Origin: a virus
Taxonomy: Duplodnaviria > Caudoviricetes
DNA length: 64,000 nucleotides
Direction: 5' to 3' (one strand)
IMG/VR virus record: IMGVR_UViG_3300037067_002413
Span: 32,001-96,000 of that record
Position numbers and translations under genes: made by a program. How positions within the stretch are numbered: position 1 is the stretch's first letter; the number at the start of each line of letters is the position of its first letter. This document shows, piece after piece, positions 1 through 10,311 of the stretch. The notes below the pieces were generated by a model. That model was not told the origin of the DNA. It was given only the letters and a program-made list of their open reading frames with translations, and searched no databases.

Positions 1-79
1 GTCCTAATGGACGCCGTTAAGAAGTCGGGGGCTGATTGCTTTTTACAACAACGAATCTGTCCCTTTTGGAGACAACAAG

Positions 80-1516
80 ATGAACCCGTGGTATCTTTCT
101 GTAGCGACTGTTGCCTGTTACGGCATCAGTGTCACCGGCTACGCCGCTGACGCAGGCAATGACGCTTTTATTCCCGAGATGTGGGCCAACGAAGGTTTGG
201 CTATTCTCGAATCCAACATGGTTATGGCCAATTTGGTCTACCGTGATTTCGAGCCGCAAGTGCAGAACTACGGCGACGTAGTGAACACTCGCCGGCCCGG
301 TACGTTCGCCATCTCTCGTAAGCGAGACGGCGACACCCTGGTTGCGCAAGAGGCCAACGCCACGAATGTGCGCGTTCCTCTGGACCAGTGGTTCTACACC
401 AACTTCGTCATCAAGGATGGCGAAGCTACTTTGTCCTTCCAGGATTTGGTGGACGTGTACTTGGTTCCGGGTATGCAGACGATCGCTAAGTCGGTCGATC
501 GTGCCATCCTCGGCCGTGTCCATGCCTATCTGACCGGAAGCACGAATCGTGCCGGCAAGTTGGGTGGATTGACTTCCGCCAATAGCCAGGACTACGTGCT
601 CGAAGCCCGTCAACGCCTGAACGAGAATCTCGCTCCGATGCAAGGTCGGAACCTGGTGCTCTCGCCGGCCGCCGAAACCGCTCTCTTGAAGAACACCATG
701 TTCATCAAGGCCAACGAGCGCGGCGACGGTGGAAGTGCTCTTGAGAATGCGGTCCTTGGTCGCATCCTCGGCTTCAATACCTACCTGGACCAGAACGTGA
801 ATTCGTACACGTCCGGCGGCGAGACCGAAGCTCTGGCCATTACCGAACCGGAGCCGGCTGGTTACGCAGGCGCGCTGACGATTGCCATCACTGGTGCTGC
901 TGGCGAGTACCTGGTGATTGACGGCAACGATCAGCCCACGTACATGACCGACGCCACGACTGGCGCGGTGGTCCTCAACGAGGCTCTCAAGTACGCCGTT
1001 CTGGACAATGCCGTGGTTACGCACTACAAGGCTTGTGACGTTGATGCTTCGGCGGAAACGGGCACGACCTTCGCGGCCGGCTACACCAAGCCCATCGCGG
1101 TGGACGGCTTTGCTGCTGGTACTGCACCCCAAGCGGGTCAGTTGATTGCGTTCGGAACCAGCACTCGGCACACCTACACGATTCTCGAAGTGACGACTGT
1201 CAGTTCGACCGCGTGCAAGGTTCTGTTGGATCGTCCGCTGGAGTATGCCGTGGCTGACGCCGCTTTGGCGTTCCCTGGTCCGAAGGGTTCGCTCAACTGG
1301 GCATTCCATAAGGAAGCCATTGCGTTGGTTTCGCGTCCCTTGGCTATGCCGAACAACCGGATGGGCGTGCTCACCCAGGTTGGCGTGCATAACGGAATCT
1401 CGATGCGTGTTGCGATGCAATACGACATCAATCAGGGCGGAACGGTCGTGAATCTCGACCTGCTCTGCGGTGTCGCCGTGTTGGATACTCGTCTCTGCGT
1501 GCCGTTGCTCGGCTAA
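80..1516 (+). CDS. Major capsid protein, P22 coat (HK97-fold) type, with internal insertion domain
   Basis: FIPEMWANEGLAILESNMVMANLVYRDFE...GDVVNTRRP N-terminus and NWAFHKEAIALVSRPL...DLLCGVAVLD C-terminus typical of P22-coat family; GGAGA RBS; first gene of virion module. Confidence 0.85.
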   Translation: MNPWYLSVATVACYGISVTGYAADAGNDAFIPEMWANEGLAILESNMVMANLVYRDFEPQVQNYGDVVNTRRPGTFAISRKRDGDTLVAQEANATNVRVPLDQWFYTNFVIKDGEATLSFQDLVDVYLVPGMQTIAKSVDRAILGRVHAYLTGSTNRAGKLGGLTSANSQDYVLEARQRLNENLAPMQGRNLVLSPAAETALLKNTMFIKANERGDGGSALENAVLGRILGFNTYLDQNVNSYTSGGETEALAITEPEPAGYAGALTIAITGAAGEYLVIDGNDQPTYMTDATTGAVVLNEALKYAVLDNAVVTHYKACDVDASAETGTTFAAGYTKPIAVDGFAAGTAPQAGQLIAFGTSTRHTYTILEVTTVSSTACKVLLDRPLEYAVADAALAFPGPKGSLNWAFHKEAIALVSRPLAMPNNRMGVLTQVGVHNGISMRVAMQYDINQGGTVVNLDLLCGVAVLDTRLCVPLLG

Positions 1517-1531
1517 GCGTGTGTTTTCAAT

Positions 1532-1568
1532 CCCCTCGCCTCGGACCTCCGAGGCGAGGGGCCTTTTT
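1532..1568 (+). terminator. Intrinsic terminator after capsid gene
   Basis: CCCCTCGCCTCGGA / TCCGAGGCGAGGGG inverted repeat followed by CCTTTTT. Confidence 0.7.
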
Positions 1569-1596
1569 CACCCGCCTAGCTAGAGGACACTTTGAT

Positions 1597-1848
1597 ATGC
1601 CTACCTTGTTTGCTTCCGGCGAGTTTTCGGACGCCATATTGCTAATCAAGCAATTCGGTCCCTTTCTGCTCGCTGTCGTGTTTTTCCTCTGGCGCGATTA
1701 CAAACGCGAAGACCGTCTTTCCAATCGGTTAGACCATTTGGAGGACGAACAGCGGGAGGTAATTCTTCCGCTGGTAAAAGACTGCTCGATCATCATTGCC
1801 AAGAATACAGCCGTGATGGAGCGAATCGAAAAGTATCTTGACCGTTAG
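1597..1848 (+). CDS. Small single-TM membrane protein, holin-like
   Basis: ATG 1597 after GAGGA; one hydrophobic helix (FGPFLLAVVFFLW) then charged coiled coil. Confidence 0.5.
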   Translation: MPTLFASGEFSDAILLIKQFGPFLLAVVFFLWRDYKREDRLSNRLDHLEDEQREVILPLVKDCSIIIAKNTAVMERIEKYLDR

Positions 1849-1856
1849 GAACTGCC

Positions 1857-2441
1857 ATGCGTCCACCCATCAATCGCAATCTCAATCAACGGATTCGGCA
1901 GGCACTCTATCAGTTGAAGAAAGACTATGGCGCGCCTATCGACATCTACAAGTTGGTGTCGAGTGAGACGAATGTAAGGACGGGCGAGAAAGTCATCACC
2001 AAGACCGTGACGCATGTGCGAAGAGCGGTCGTTGTGCCCGCAAGGATTGATCGAGTCGCTCAACGAACGATCTCGATCATTTCGGCGAACAAACAGTTCG
2101 TCACCGGCGGAACCTACGATGCAAGTCAACGCGACTTCATCATCGACCGCCGCGATGTACCAGCACTACCGGAACTCAGTGCTGACGATTGGATTATTTA
2201 CAACAATCGCAAGTACCAGGTCAAGACAGTAGAAGCCTTTGAGGTTGACGCCGGCTGGGTCGTTTCGGCCCGTGAGTTGGTTGGCGAAGTGCCCGAGTTG
2301 TTCCTTGAGGAACGTGTGAAATCCACACTTGCTCTCACGCCCGCCCAGCAAATGGTCGGCGAACTCTCGGAGAAAGTCTTCCGCGTTGCGTCCAATGAGA
2401 CCCTTGACCTTCAACACAGTGCTGTTGCGGCTACGGAGTAA
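1857..2441 (+). CDS. Head closure / head-tail joining protein
   Basis: Position; D..I.YNNRKYQVKTVE beta-rich pattern typical of head-closure proteins. Confidence 0.55.
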   Translation: MRPPINRNLNQRIRQALYQLKKDYGAPIDIYKLVSSETNVRTGEKVITKTVTHVRRAVVVPARIDRVAQRTISIISANKQFVTGGTYDASQRDFIIDRRDVPALPELSADDWIIYNNRKYQVKTVEAFEVDAGWVVSARELVGEVPELFLEERVKSTLALTPAQQMVGELSEKVFRVASNETLDLQHSAVAATE

Positions 2442-2446
2442 GCCGA

Positions 2447-2893
2447 ATGGCTAGACGAAAACGAACTACCTCAGAGTTGCAGCAGATGCGCCTTCTAAAA
2501 GGCCAAGAAACGTCAGATACGCGGGTTTGCACAATCTGCCTCACACTCAAACCATTATCACTCTTTCCAAAGAAGAGCAATATGCGTAAGGGTGTAAGTT
2601 CAACCTACAAACAATGCGAAAATGATACTCGCATCCGGCGTCGATTTGGAATTACAAATGCTGACTATCAACGAATTCTGAATAGTCAGGATGGTAGATG
2701 TGCAATTTGTAAATCACCTTCTGCCAAATATACGGTTCGTTTTCACATTGACCACGATCATGCCTCCGGGCGTGTGAGAGGTCTTTTATGCTCGGATTGT
2801 AACACAGGCATTGGCCTATTTCGGGATAGCATTCCTTTGCTATCCGGTGCCATTGCTTATCTCTCTAAACAGGAGGGTGGCAATGTCTGCTAA
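2447..2893 (+). CDS. Endonuclease VII-family HNH endonuclease (probable free-standing homing endonuclease)
   Basis: QDGRCAICK...HIDHDHASGRVRGLLCSDCNTGIG motif; interrupts structural operon. Confidence 0.85.
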   Translation: MARRKRTTSELQQMRLLKGQETSDTRVCTICLTLKPLSLFPKKSNMRKGVSSTYKQCENDTRIRRRFGITNADYQRILNSQDGRCAICKSPSAKYTVRFHIDHDHASGRVRGLLCSDCNTGIGLFRDSIPLLSGAIAYLSKQEGGNVC

Positions 2894-3398
2894 CAAAAAC
2901 TGGGCGCGCTGGATTTTCCATTCGGTAGCCAGCCAACTAAAAGAGGTTGCTACTGATGCCAATTTGCCAGTCCTCATCGAACATTTCGACGAGCGCACCG
3001 CCTCTTTCGAGCGTGCGACTGACAAAGCGGAAATCCGCATTACCGGACCTTTCGATCAGGAACTATCGAAGGGTTATCACCGCATCTATGTGGATGTCAA
3101 CGTGTTGCTGACCAGTCGTTACGACGGGGCCAGCAAGAACGCTGCCACCATCCTCAAGAACGCGGGTTTATTCCACGAGGCGATGTCCGAGCCAATTCCG
3201 GTTTACAACTTCGGCGGCGAACCAGGCGATTACGTCGAAGCGGACTCCTCTTCACAAGTGTTTTTGGGTTGCCTTACCCCACGGCCTGGGCGAAACGATA
3301 GTGTGCGAGTTATGAACTTCGGTCAATTGGATAATGTTGACAAAATTAAACAGACCGAAGTTGATGCCCGCTTTGTGATGGAGTTGATTGAACCCTAA
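2883..3398 (+). CDS. Tail terminator / tail completion protein (putative)
   Basis: ATG 2883 after AGGAGG; size and position just upstream of tail tube. Confidence 0.5.
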   Translation: MSANKNWARWIFHSVASQLKEVATDANLPVLIEHFDERTASFERATDKAEIRITGPFDQELSKGYHRIYVDVNVLLTSRYDGASKNAATILKNAGLFHEAMSEPIPVYNFGGEPGDYVEADSSSQVFLGCLTPRPGRNDSVRVMNFGQLDNVDKIKQTEVDARFVMELIEP

Positions 3399-3419
3399 CC
3401 TTTGCCAGTGGAGTAACCT

Positions 3420-4484
3420 ATGGCCAGGATTGATTTACGAAATTGTACCATCCTTCTTCGGGATGGTTTGGCGGGCACTGCCGCAAGTGCCAAGAAGACA
3501 AACGAAAAACAAACGATCACGGTGACCGACGCCACCAGCGGCACGTTTACTGTGACCTACGCGACTAAGGAAACCGGCGTTTTGCCGTGGAACTTGACGC
3601 CTGCTCAATTGCAGTCTGCCCTCGAAGGGCTGACTTCGATTGGCGAAAATAACGTGAGTGTCACCGGCACGGCTGGAGTCAGTTACGTTGTGGAGTTCAT
3701 TGGCACCCTGGGCGAGACGAGTTTGGCTCTGATGACCATCGACGATACGCTCGTCACTGGTGGTGCCGGGGTCGAAGTCACAATTGCCGAGACCGTTGAC
3801 GGTGGAACTGGAAGTGCTCCGGCTCAGACCAATACTAGCCTGTCGATTGGCACTGTTGCATTGAATTCGATCGACCCGGACCTAGTGCCCGTGGGTGCTC
3901 GATTCACGATCGCTGGCGAAGCCGTTGCTACGACCAAGCATGTGGTCACGGCACGGACGCCGGCTAGCACCAGCCCGACAACCAGCATTACGTTTACGCC
4001 GGCTCTTGGTGCTCCGGCGACTTCGTACTCGACCGGCGCGGTGCTGACGTTTGAGGCCAATGAGGTTGAGATTACCATCGGCGATGGCGATCTCAAGTAT
4101 ACGGAAGCCGACCAGTTCAAGTACGACTTGGATCGAGGCGAACTCGATACCGTGCGCCGTGGCGACGACCAGCCGATGGAAGTCACCACGAATTTCACCT
4201 TTGACCAGGTGAAGTCCGGCACCGGCGAAGCGATCACTCCGATCGAAGCCCTCAAGGGCACCGGCGCGGCCTCCGAATGGGTCACGTCGTCTTCCGACTT
4301 GTGCGAGCCGTATGCGGTGGATGTGGTGGTTAATGACGTGCGGCCTTGCGGCAGTGCGGCTTCGTCCACGTACACGTTCCCCGATTTCCGTAGTGAGAAG
4401 CGCGATTACGACATTAAGAATGCGACGATCGCGGTCTCTGGGAAGTGCAATGCGTTGGAACCCATTATCGTTCGTGGCGCATAA
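3420..4484 (+). CDS. Major tail (tube) protein with Thr-rich accessory domains
   Basis: Position before chaperone and tape measure; Thr/Gly-rich beta composition; followed by terminator. Confidence 0.7.
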   Translation: MARIDLRNCTILLRDGLAGTAASAKKTNEKQTITVTDATSGTFTVTYATKETGVLPWNLTPAQLQSALEGLTSIGENNVSVTGTAGVSYVVEFIGTLGETSLALMTIDDTLVTGGAGVEVTIAETVDGGTGSAPAQTNTSLSIGTVALNSIDPDLVPVGARFTIAGEAVATTKHVVTARTPASTSPTTSITFTPALGAPATSYSTGAVLTFEANEVEITIGDGDLKYTEADQFKYDLDRGELDTVRRGDDQPMEVTTNFTFDQVKSGTGEAITPIEALKGTGAASEWVTSSSDLCEPYAVDVVVNDVRPCGSAASSTYTFPDFRSEKRDYDIKNATIAVSGKCNALEPIIVRGA

Positions 4485-4497
4485 CAGTGTGCTTTAG

Positions 4498-4535
4498 GCG
4501 GTGCCGGCATTGATTGCCGGCACCGCATTATTTTA
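4498..4535 (+). terminator. Intrinsic terminator after tail tube gene
   Basis: GCGGTGCCGGCA / TGCCGGCACCGC 12-bp stem followed by ATTATTTT. Confidence 0.65.
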
Positions 4536-4554
4536 TCTTGCAAGGGAGATTTGT

Positions 4555-5028
4555 ATGAAGATTGGTGGAATTGAAACCTCGACCCTTCCGGTTGAGGAAG
4601 TGTTGGTTTTGCCGCGCGGCGACGAGAATCTTATTTTTCGCGCCACTGGCATGAAGGACATGGAGACCTTTAAGAGGCTTTGTCCCGAGCCGGAACCGCC
4701 CAAGAAACTGATGAAGGGCGGCGTGACGGTTGCGGATGTTGAGGACAAGGGATACAAGGAAGCCTTAACAAACTTCCACAAGTATCGTATGGCTTACATC
4801 GTCGTCAATTCGCTTATTCCAAGTCAGATTGAATGGGATACGGTGAACGTCAACGACCCCGCATCGTGGACGAATTGGGACGTTGATCTCAAGAAGGCCG
4901 GCCTTTCCGAGTTCGAGTGCAGTCGCGTTCTGGGCTTGGTGTTGGAAGCGAACTGCTTGGATGAAACCAAGTTGCGGAAGGCCCGCGAGGTTTTTCTACG
5001 TGGGACGCCGGAAGCGCAAGTCGCTTAA
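4555..5028 (+). CDS. Tail assembly chaperone (gpG-like)
   Basis: ATG 4555 after GGGAGA; lies between tail tube and tape measure; G GTT TTT slippery-like site at 4989-4995. Confidence 0.65.
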   Translation: MKIGGIETSTLPVEEVLVLPRGDENLIFRATGMKDMETFKRLCPEPEPPKKLMKGGVTVADVEDKGYKEALTNFHKYRMAYIVVNSLIPSQIEWDTVNVNDPASWTNWDVDLKKAGLSEFECSRVLGLVLEANCLDETKLRKAREVFLRGTPEAQVA

Positions 5029-5231
5029 TTTGGCCGGAATATCACACCGGAATGTACGCCGTTTGGAAAGCGTGCCTTCGGGTTGGCATACGTCCGCCGG
5101 GAATCCCTGAGTCATGGGATGACTGCGGAGTTGTCATGCAAGCGATGATTCTGGCTTTCGATCAGACCTGTTCGCACGACGAGGATGAACGTGCGGTGCA
5201 AATGCCAGGGGCAGGGATGCCCTTGGGGTAA
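4995..5231 (+). CDS. -1 frame extension of tail chaperone (gpGT-like C-terminal part); absent from ORF track
   Basis: -1 frame open from 4965 to TAA 5229-5231: STWDAGSASRLIWPEYHTGMYAVWKACLRVGIRPPGIPESWDDCGVVMQAMILAFDQ...; fills the gap before the next gene. Confidence 0.6.
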   Translation, partial: STWDAGSASRLIWPEYHTGMYAVWKACLRVGIRPPGIPESWDDCGVVMQAMILAFDQTCSHDEDERAVQMPGAGMPLG

Positions 5232-5241
5232 GGTACACACC

Positions 5242-5781
5242 ATGCACTTTTCAGGCACCTTTCGACTTCCCAAAGTTGACATGAATGAATTTAACAAGTT
5301 GCTTGACGAGCGACTTGTGAGGGCTATCACGCAAGGAGCGCGGGAGTGGCTAACGGCAGTCATTGAGGATTCCACGCCACGGGTAGGGATGCCTGTTTGG
5401 AGTGCGGCATCTCGCGCAACCTTTTCACCACTGGCAAGCCAGGCGGAATTTGCCCTTGGCTATGCACCCGTACCCGATGCACCCAATCGCATTGATATGG
5501 GAATCGGCGCGAGTCCCGGCGACAACGGCACGTTTGAGCGTGGCGAGACGCCTGGCATGTATTCGTTCACCTACAGTACGAGTTTGCGTCACCTGATTAT
5601 CAACGAATACAATAATGCCAACACGTTTCTCAACAAAGATGGAAAGCAATACTTTCATCTTACGGACCCTGGACCGTATCACTTCCAGGAAAAGGGTAAG
5701 GCGGCATTTCTAAAATATGCCGCCACTGTATCACTTCCCGACGTTCCGGTATTCACCGCTACCACGATTACGATAGGCTAG
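5242..5781 (+). CDS. Virion morphogenesis protein, HK97 gp10-like (putative)
   Basis: MPVWSAASRATF resembles the PVxTGxLRxS motif; C-terminal PYHFQEKG. Confidence 0.45.
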   Translation: MHFSGTFRLPKVDMNEFNKLLDERLVRAITQGAREWLTAVIEDSTPRVGMPVWSAASRATFSPLASQAEFALGYAPVPDAPNRIDMGIGASPGDNGTFERGETPGMYSFTYSTSLRHLIINEYNNANTFLNKDGKQYFHLTDPGPYHFQEKGKAAFLKYAATVSLPDVPVFTATTITIG

Positions 5782-5785
5782 CAAA

Positions 5786-8700
5786 ATGGCTGACGAAGGC
5801 GTAATTCGACAGAAACTCGGTTTCGACGCACAAGAAGCGATCGACGAACTGGCGAAACTGAATACGGCACTTTCCACGTTGGGCACCCAACTGGGAGGCA
5901 TGGGGGGTGCATTGAGTTCGTTCAACTCAAGTGCCAGCCAGACTGTTTCTTCGCTCAAGCAAATGTCAACGGCGGCGGAAACTACGCTTGCATCCATGAG
6001 CAAGTTATCCAGCGGAACTGGCGGCAATGTCAATTCGGCGTTGGGCATGGGTAAAGTTACCGAGAGCATCAAGCAGATGCAGAACGCCGCGAATCTTGGA
6101 TTGGGCACTTATAGTGGTGCATTGACCGCGATGTCAAGCCAAACCAGGACCGCTTCGTCTTCGATTGTAGAAGCCACCGGGCGGACGAACGAATGGGTTG
6201 TTAGCTGGAATACTCTGAGCCGGGTCATAATGACCCAGTTCATCGTTCGGGCATTGAGTCAAATCCGCGATGCCTTTTCGGAGGCATACACTTCTGCACT
6301 GGCTTTCTCAAAAGCGGTGAGCGAAATTCATGCCATCAACCCGGAGCGCAGCTTTGGGGAGATTGCTGACAGTATCCGTAAGGTATCGGACGCTTTCAAC
6401 CAACCGTTGAGTCGCGTTGCCGAAGCCAACTATCAGATCATTTCCGATCAATTCGTGAAGGTTGCCGATCAGGCCAACATTATGACTGCCGCCAATGCGT
6501 TGGCGAAGGTTGGTGCTGACGATCTTGCGGCATCCGCGCAACTCCTAACTGGTGCCTTGAATGCCTACGGCGAATCGTCGGATATGGCGGGGATTCGCGC
6601 TGCGCAGTTCTTTACATCAGTAAACTTAGGCCGATTCCGCATGGCTGAATTAGGAACGGCAATGGGGCGTGTTCAGTCCATTTCCCACGAAATGGGTATC
6701 AGCATGGAGGAAGTGCAAGCCTCCTTGATTGCTATAACAATCGGCGGCGTCAAGGCAAGTGAAGCTGCCACGCAACTGCGTAGCATGATGACTGCGTTGA
6801 TGAAGCCATCAGAAGCTATGACCAAGGCTTTGCATCAAATTGGTGCAGACTCCGGTCAGGCTGCTATTGCAACATGGGATTGGTATGGTGCATTGGAAAA
6901 ACTTCGTGGAACGACGGATGGATCGGCCGCCGCGATGGCAAAGTTGATTCCCAATGTTCGTGGTGTTGCAGGTGCCATGCGTATATTAGGCGAAGGTGCT
7001 AAGGCTTATAAGGAGTCCTTGGAGACACTTAAACAGCAGGACTTGAGCACGCTCCAGAAGCAACTCAAGGATTTTATGAATACACCTGCCGAACAATTGA
7101 CTAAGGAGTTAAACAAACTTGCTAACTACTTTACGGTAGATTTTGGCTTGAAGATGATTAGTATGCTTAATACCCTGATTCAATTGATCGGTGGTGGAGG
7201 CGGACTCATTGGCATATTTAATACTTTGGGCACTGTAGCGACTGCGGCAACATTTGTCGGTTTAGTTGCTGGCCTTGCTAAGTTGTATGAATGGTCTAAC
7301 TTCTCCGTGGTAGGTTTTGCAAAACTCCGAATGGGGATAGGGTCAGTTATACCAAATGTACTGTCTCTCCGTGGCGCATTGGCTACGTTGGCTTTGTTTG
7401 AGGTTGCCGCGCTTGTTGGAAATAAGATTGGCACCTGGATTCAGGAGTCGATTGCTGCTCCACAGGAGGCTATTCGGACTGCTTTGGACGCACAAATCAA
7501 AATGCGAGAGGCACAAACTGCCGCTACCATTCGGCTAGAACAAACCAAGTCTACAGAATCCATTCAGATTTTACGACAACATTTTGCAGCAGCTAACGCA
7601 CTCTACTTGAAAGATGTTGAGAATTATAAATCGGCGATGAAGGTGCAAGTCGATTCTGTTAAGAATTCCTTCGACAAGATCATGCAGATGCGTTACAAGC
7701 TAACGCAGGAACTTGGTGCCCAGGCCGAGGCCGCATCGAAGAGAGCTATTTCTAACGATCAGAAGGTAGCCGAAAACAAGCAGAAGATGGAAGATCGGAC
7801 GTTCAATACCAATCTGGCTGAACGTAATCTTAGTCCCGAGTGGCAGTATCAAGAAGAAGTCAATCGGATGCGGCAGATTGCCGATCAAGCCGCCAAACTT
7901 CAAGCAACCGCCAAGGATTCCGATCAACAAAAACTTGCCGACGACGAATGGAGACGCGCCGAGGCTTATGCTCAGATGGCTGAACAGTCCGCTAAGGCGA
8001 GCGGTAACATCAACCTTCAACGGGAAGCTGCTAGGTCAATTAACGATTTGACTCAGAAGCAAAACGACGCTCTCAACAAGCAGTCGCAGATGGAGAGACA
8101 GATCGCCAAGGACATGGAAGCCCGACAGCGCGAAGCCGAGAAGAATAATGCTTCGCTGGAACGCGATCGAGATGCCATCGAGAAGAAACTGATCGCGTAT
8201 GCTAAGAGCGACACTGGGGAAACAGTCGAGAAGACTAGCCAACAGAAGAAAGCCGACTTGGCTGAGTCCTACCAGATGATTCAGGACTTCATCCAGAAGG
8301 TCCAAACCACTACTAAGGGCGATTTCCTCAAGAACTACATGGGTGATGCAGGTGCTTTCAAGCAGATGCAGCGCGATGTAGAACACCTGTTGTCAAGCAC
8401 CTATCTCAAGGAGTTGAAAGCGGCACCCGAGGCGATGGCCATGCTGCGTACTCAACTCCAGGAAAGCCTTGATAAGGCTGGACTCACCGTTCCGGTAATA
8501 GCCAAACTCGAAAAGTATACTGGAAAAGAAGCAATCATCGACGGTGTAAACGCCGTGTTTAATGCGGCTGAGAAACGGTTGCATGACTATACGGCTCAGG
8601 CGGAAAAGTATGCGGGCGGGCTTGCGAAGCAACAAGATGCCAGGAATTCCTACAACGAAGCTAGGAAGTCTATTGACAATACCCCGATGACTCCTGCAAT

Positions 8701-9625
8701 TGGAGTTGAGGGTCGAGGTTACTCGGTCGAGCAGGCTTTGGCGATAAATGTTGCACAAGATCAAGTTCGCAAACTTGTGGCTGAGATGGATAAACTCAGC
8801 AAGGCCACTAGCATGTCAGATTTGGAGCTTGCTCAGTTTAGTAAAGACCTAAAGAATTACGATTTGGATAAGGCATTTCCCAATTTTATAAATGCTGGCG
8901 CGCGTGAGAAATATAATCAAGCGATTCAGTCGATGATCCACTCTCTTGAAGAACTTAATAAGGCTCAAAGAGAGTCAGGCACAGAAGTTCCTGAGAAGGA
9001 ACGTAAGGAAGCCGAGACAATCCAAGGGACGATTGACGAAATCCGATTGAAAAAGGAAATACTTGGTCAGTCGGCTGATACCATGCAACGAGAGACGACT
9101 GCCGCTGATGCTGGGAAATTAGCAATCGACAGTCAGTTTACTTCGGTCAATAGTGGTCTTGGTGCAGTTGCTACCCTTGAGCAGTCTTGGTGGCGTGTTG
9201 AAGCTGCGGCTCGTGCTGCGGCTGCGGCTGCTGCTGCGGCTTCATTGGCTAGTAGCGGCGGTGGCAGCAGTGGCGGTGACAGTTACGACTACAGTGGGGG
9301 CGGAGGAGAAGGATACGTCGCTCTGGGTGGTCTGATCCGTCACTTCGATGTTGGAGGTTTTGTTCCACGCGGTACGGATACCGTGCCAGCCATGCTTAGT
9401 CCCGGCGAGTTCGTGATGAATCGTGGTGCCACCCAACGGTGGTTCTCGCATCTTGTCGCCATGAATGCTGGTAGTAATGCGTCCTACCGATCGCAGGGAG
9501 GCAACGTGGCCAACGTCAATGTTGGCGACATCAACATCAATGGTTCGGCTCAACCGCGCGAGACCGGCCGTGAAGTCTTGAAAGTCATCAAGCGTGAATT
9601 GCGGCGCGGCACGAGTGTTTTGTAA
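5786..9625 (+). CDS. Tape measure protein (TP901-family core)
   Basis: 1279 aa helical Ala/Gln-rich; GVKASEAATQLRSMMTALMKP core; C-terminal GTDTVPAMLSPGEFVMN. Confidence 0.95.
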   Translation: MADEGVIRQKLGFDAQEAIDELAKLNTALSTLGTQLGGMGGALSSFNSSASQTVSSLKQMSTAAETTLASMSKLSSGTGGNVNSALGMGKVTESIKQMQNAANLGLGTYSGALTAMSSQTRTASSSIVEATGRTNEWVVSWNTLSRVIMTQFIVRALSQIRDAFSEAYTSALAFSKAVSEIHAINPERSFGEIADSIRKVSDAFNQPLSRVAEANYQIISDQFVKVADQANIMTAANALAKVGADDLAASAQLLTGALNAYGESSDMAGIRAAQFFTSVNLGRFRMAELGTAMGRVQSISHEMGISMEEVQASLIAITIGGVKASEAATQLRSMMTALMKPSEAMTKALHQIGADSGQAAIATWDWYGALEKLRGTTDGSAAAMAKLIPNVRGVAGAMRILGEGAKAYKESLETLKQQDLSTLQKQLKDFMNTPAEQLTKELNKLANYFTVDFGLKMISMLNTLIQLIGGGGGLIGIFNTLGTVATAATFVGLVAGLAKLYEWSNFSVVGFAKLRMGIGSVIPNVLSLRGALATLALFEVAALVGNKIGTWIQESIAAPQEAIRTALDAQIKMREAQTAATIRLEQTKSTESIQILRQHFAAANALYLKDVENYKSAMKVQVDSVKNSFDKIMQMRYKLTQELGAQAEAASKRAISNDQKVAENKQKMEDRTFNTNLAERNLSPEWQYQEEVNRMRQIADQAAKLQATAKDSDQQKLADDEWRRAEAYAQMAEQSAKASGNINLQREAARSINDLTQKQNDALNKQSQMERQIAKDMEARQREAEKNNASLERDRDAIEKKLIAYAKSDTGETVEKTSQQKKADLAESYQMIQDFIQKVQTTTKGDFLKNYMGDAGAFKQMQRDVEHLLSSTYLKELKAAPEAMAMLRTQLQESLDKAGLTVPVIAKLEKYTGKEAIIDGVNAVFNAAEKRLHDYTAQAEKYAGGLAKQQDARNSYNEARKSIDNTPMTPAIGVEGRGYSVEQALAINVAQDQVRKLVAEMDKLSKATSMSDLELAQFSKDLKNYDLDKAFPNFINAGAREKYNQAIQSMIHSLEELNKAQRESGTEVPEKERKEAETIQGTIDEIRLKKEILGQSADTMQRETTAADAGKLAIDSQFTSVNSGLGAVATLEQSWWRVEAAARAAAAAAAAASLASSGGGSSGGDSYDYSGGGGEGYVALGGLIRHFDVGGFVPRGTDTVPAMLSPGEFVMNRGATQRWFSHLVAMNAGSNASYRSQGGNVANVNVGDININGSAQPRETGREVLKVIKRELRRGTSVL

Positions 9626-9673
9626 GTCTTTCTGGCAGGGTTTCTCCTGCCATCCACCAATAGGGAGAATCCC

Positions 9674-10237
9674 ATGCAAGATTGTCTAGCGTTATTTGAT
9701 TGTGGCGAGTACGCCATTGAGAAGGCACGCAATGAGTTGCGAAGTGCCTTTGCTCCAAAGGGTCGTTTCAAGGTTGAACATTTCCGTGATGGCAAGGTCA
9801 TCGGAGAATACGGGTTCAACAACGGCATTACCGACGTAGGATTGAACAGCATCCTGGACGTTCATTTTGGTGCCGGCAGCCAGATTACTGTCTGGGACAT
9901 TGGTCTGATCGACAGTGCCAGTTACACGACCGGCATTCTTGCCGCCGATGTGATGAACGGTCACGCCGGCTGGATTGAGAATGAAGACTATACGGAAGCC
10001 GCGCGCCCTGCTTGGGGTGCTGGCACGGCAGCCGCTCGTCAGATTACCAATGCCTCGACCACGGATTTCTCGATGGATGCCACCGTGACGATTAAGGGCA
10101 TGTTCATCGTCGGCGGCACTGGTTCGGCTACGAAGGGCGGAACCACTGGTACACTTTGGTCTACAGGACTCTTCGGCACTCCGGTCGCGTGCAACTCTGG
10201 CGACACTCTCAAAGTGACCTACACGATTGCCGGATAA
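9674..10237 (+). CDS. Tail structural protein
   Basis: NGITDVGLNSILD...GDTLKVTYTI pattern of small tail/fibre base proteins; position. Confidence 0.6.
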   Translation: MQDCLALFDCGEYAIEKARNELRSAFAPKGRFKVEHFRDGKVIGEYGFNNGITDVGLNSILDVHFGAGSQITVWDIGLIDSASYTTGILAADVMNGHAGWIENEDYTEAARPAWGAGTAAARQITNASTTDFSMDATVTIKGMFIVGGTGSATKGGTTGTLWSTGLFGTPVACNSGDTLKVTYTIAG

Positions 10238-10254
10238 TCTTCTCCCTTGCCAAC

Positions 10255-10296
10255 CGTCCAGGCGGGTTCTTGCGAATCCGCCTGGACGTTCTTTCT
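10255..10296 (+). terminator. Strong hairpin / probable terminator
   Basis: CGTCCAGGCGGGTTC / GAATCCGCCTGGACG followed by TTCTTTCT. Confidence 0.55.
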
Positions 10297-10311
10297 CTTG
10301 GAGGCACTATC

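Noticed and set aside
17-1420. Long antisense ORFs (also 24801-26285, 21720-22505, 20975-21697, 54947-55729)
   Set aside because: Shadows of strongly codon-biased genes on the opposite strand, with no motifs or RBS
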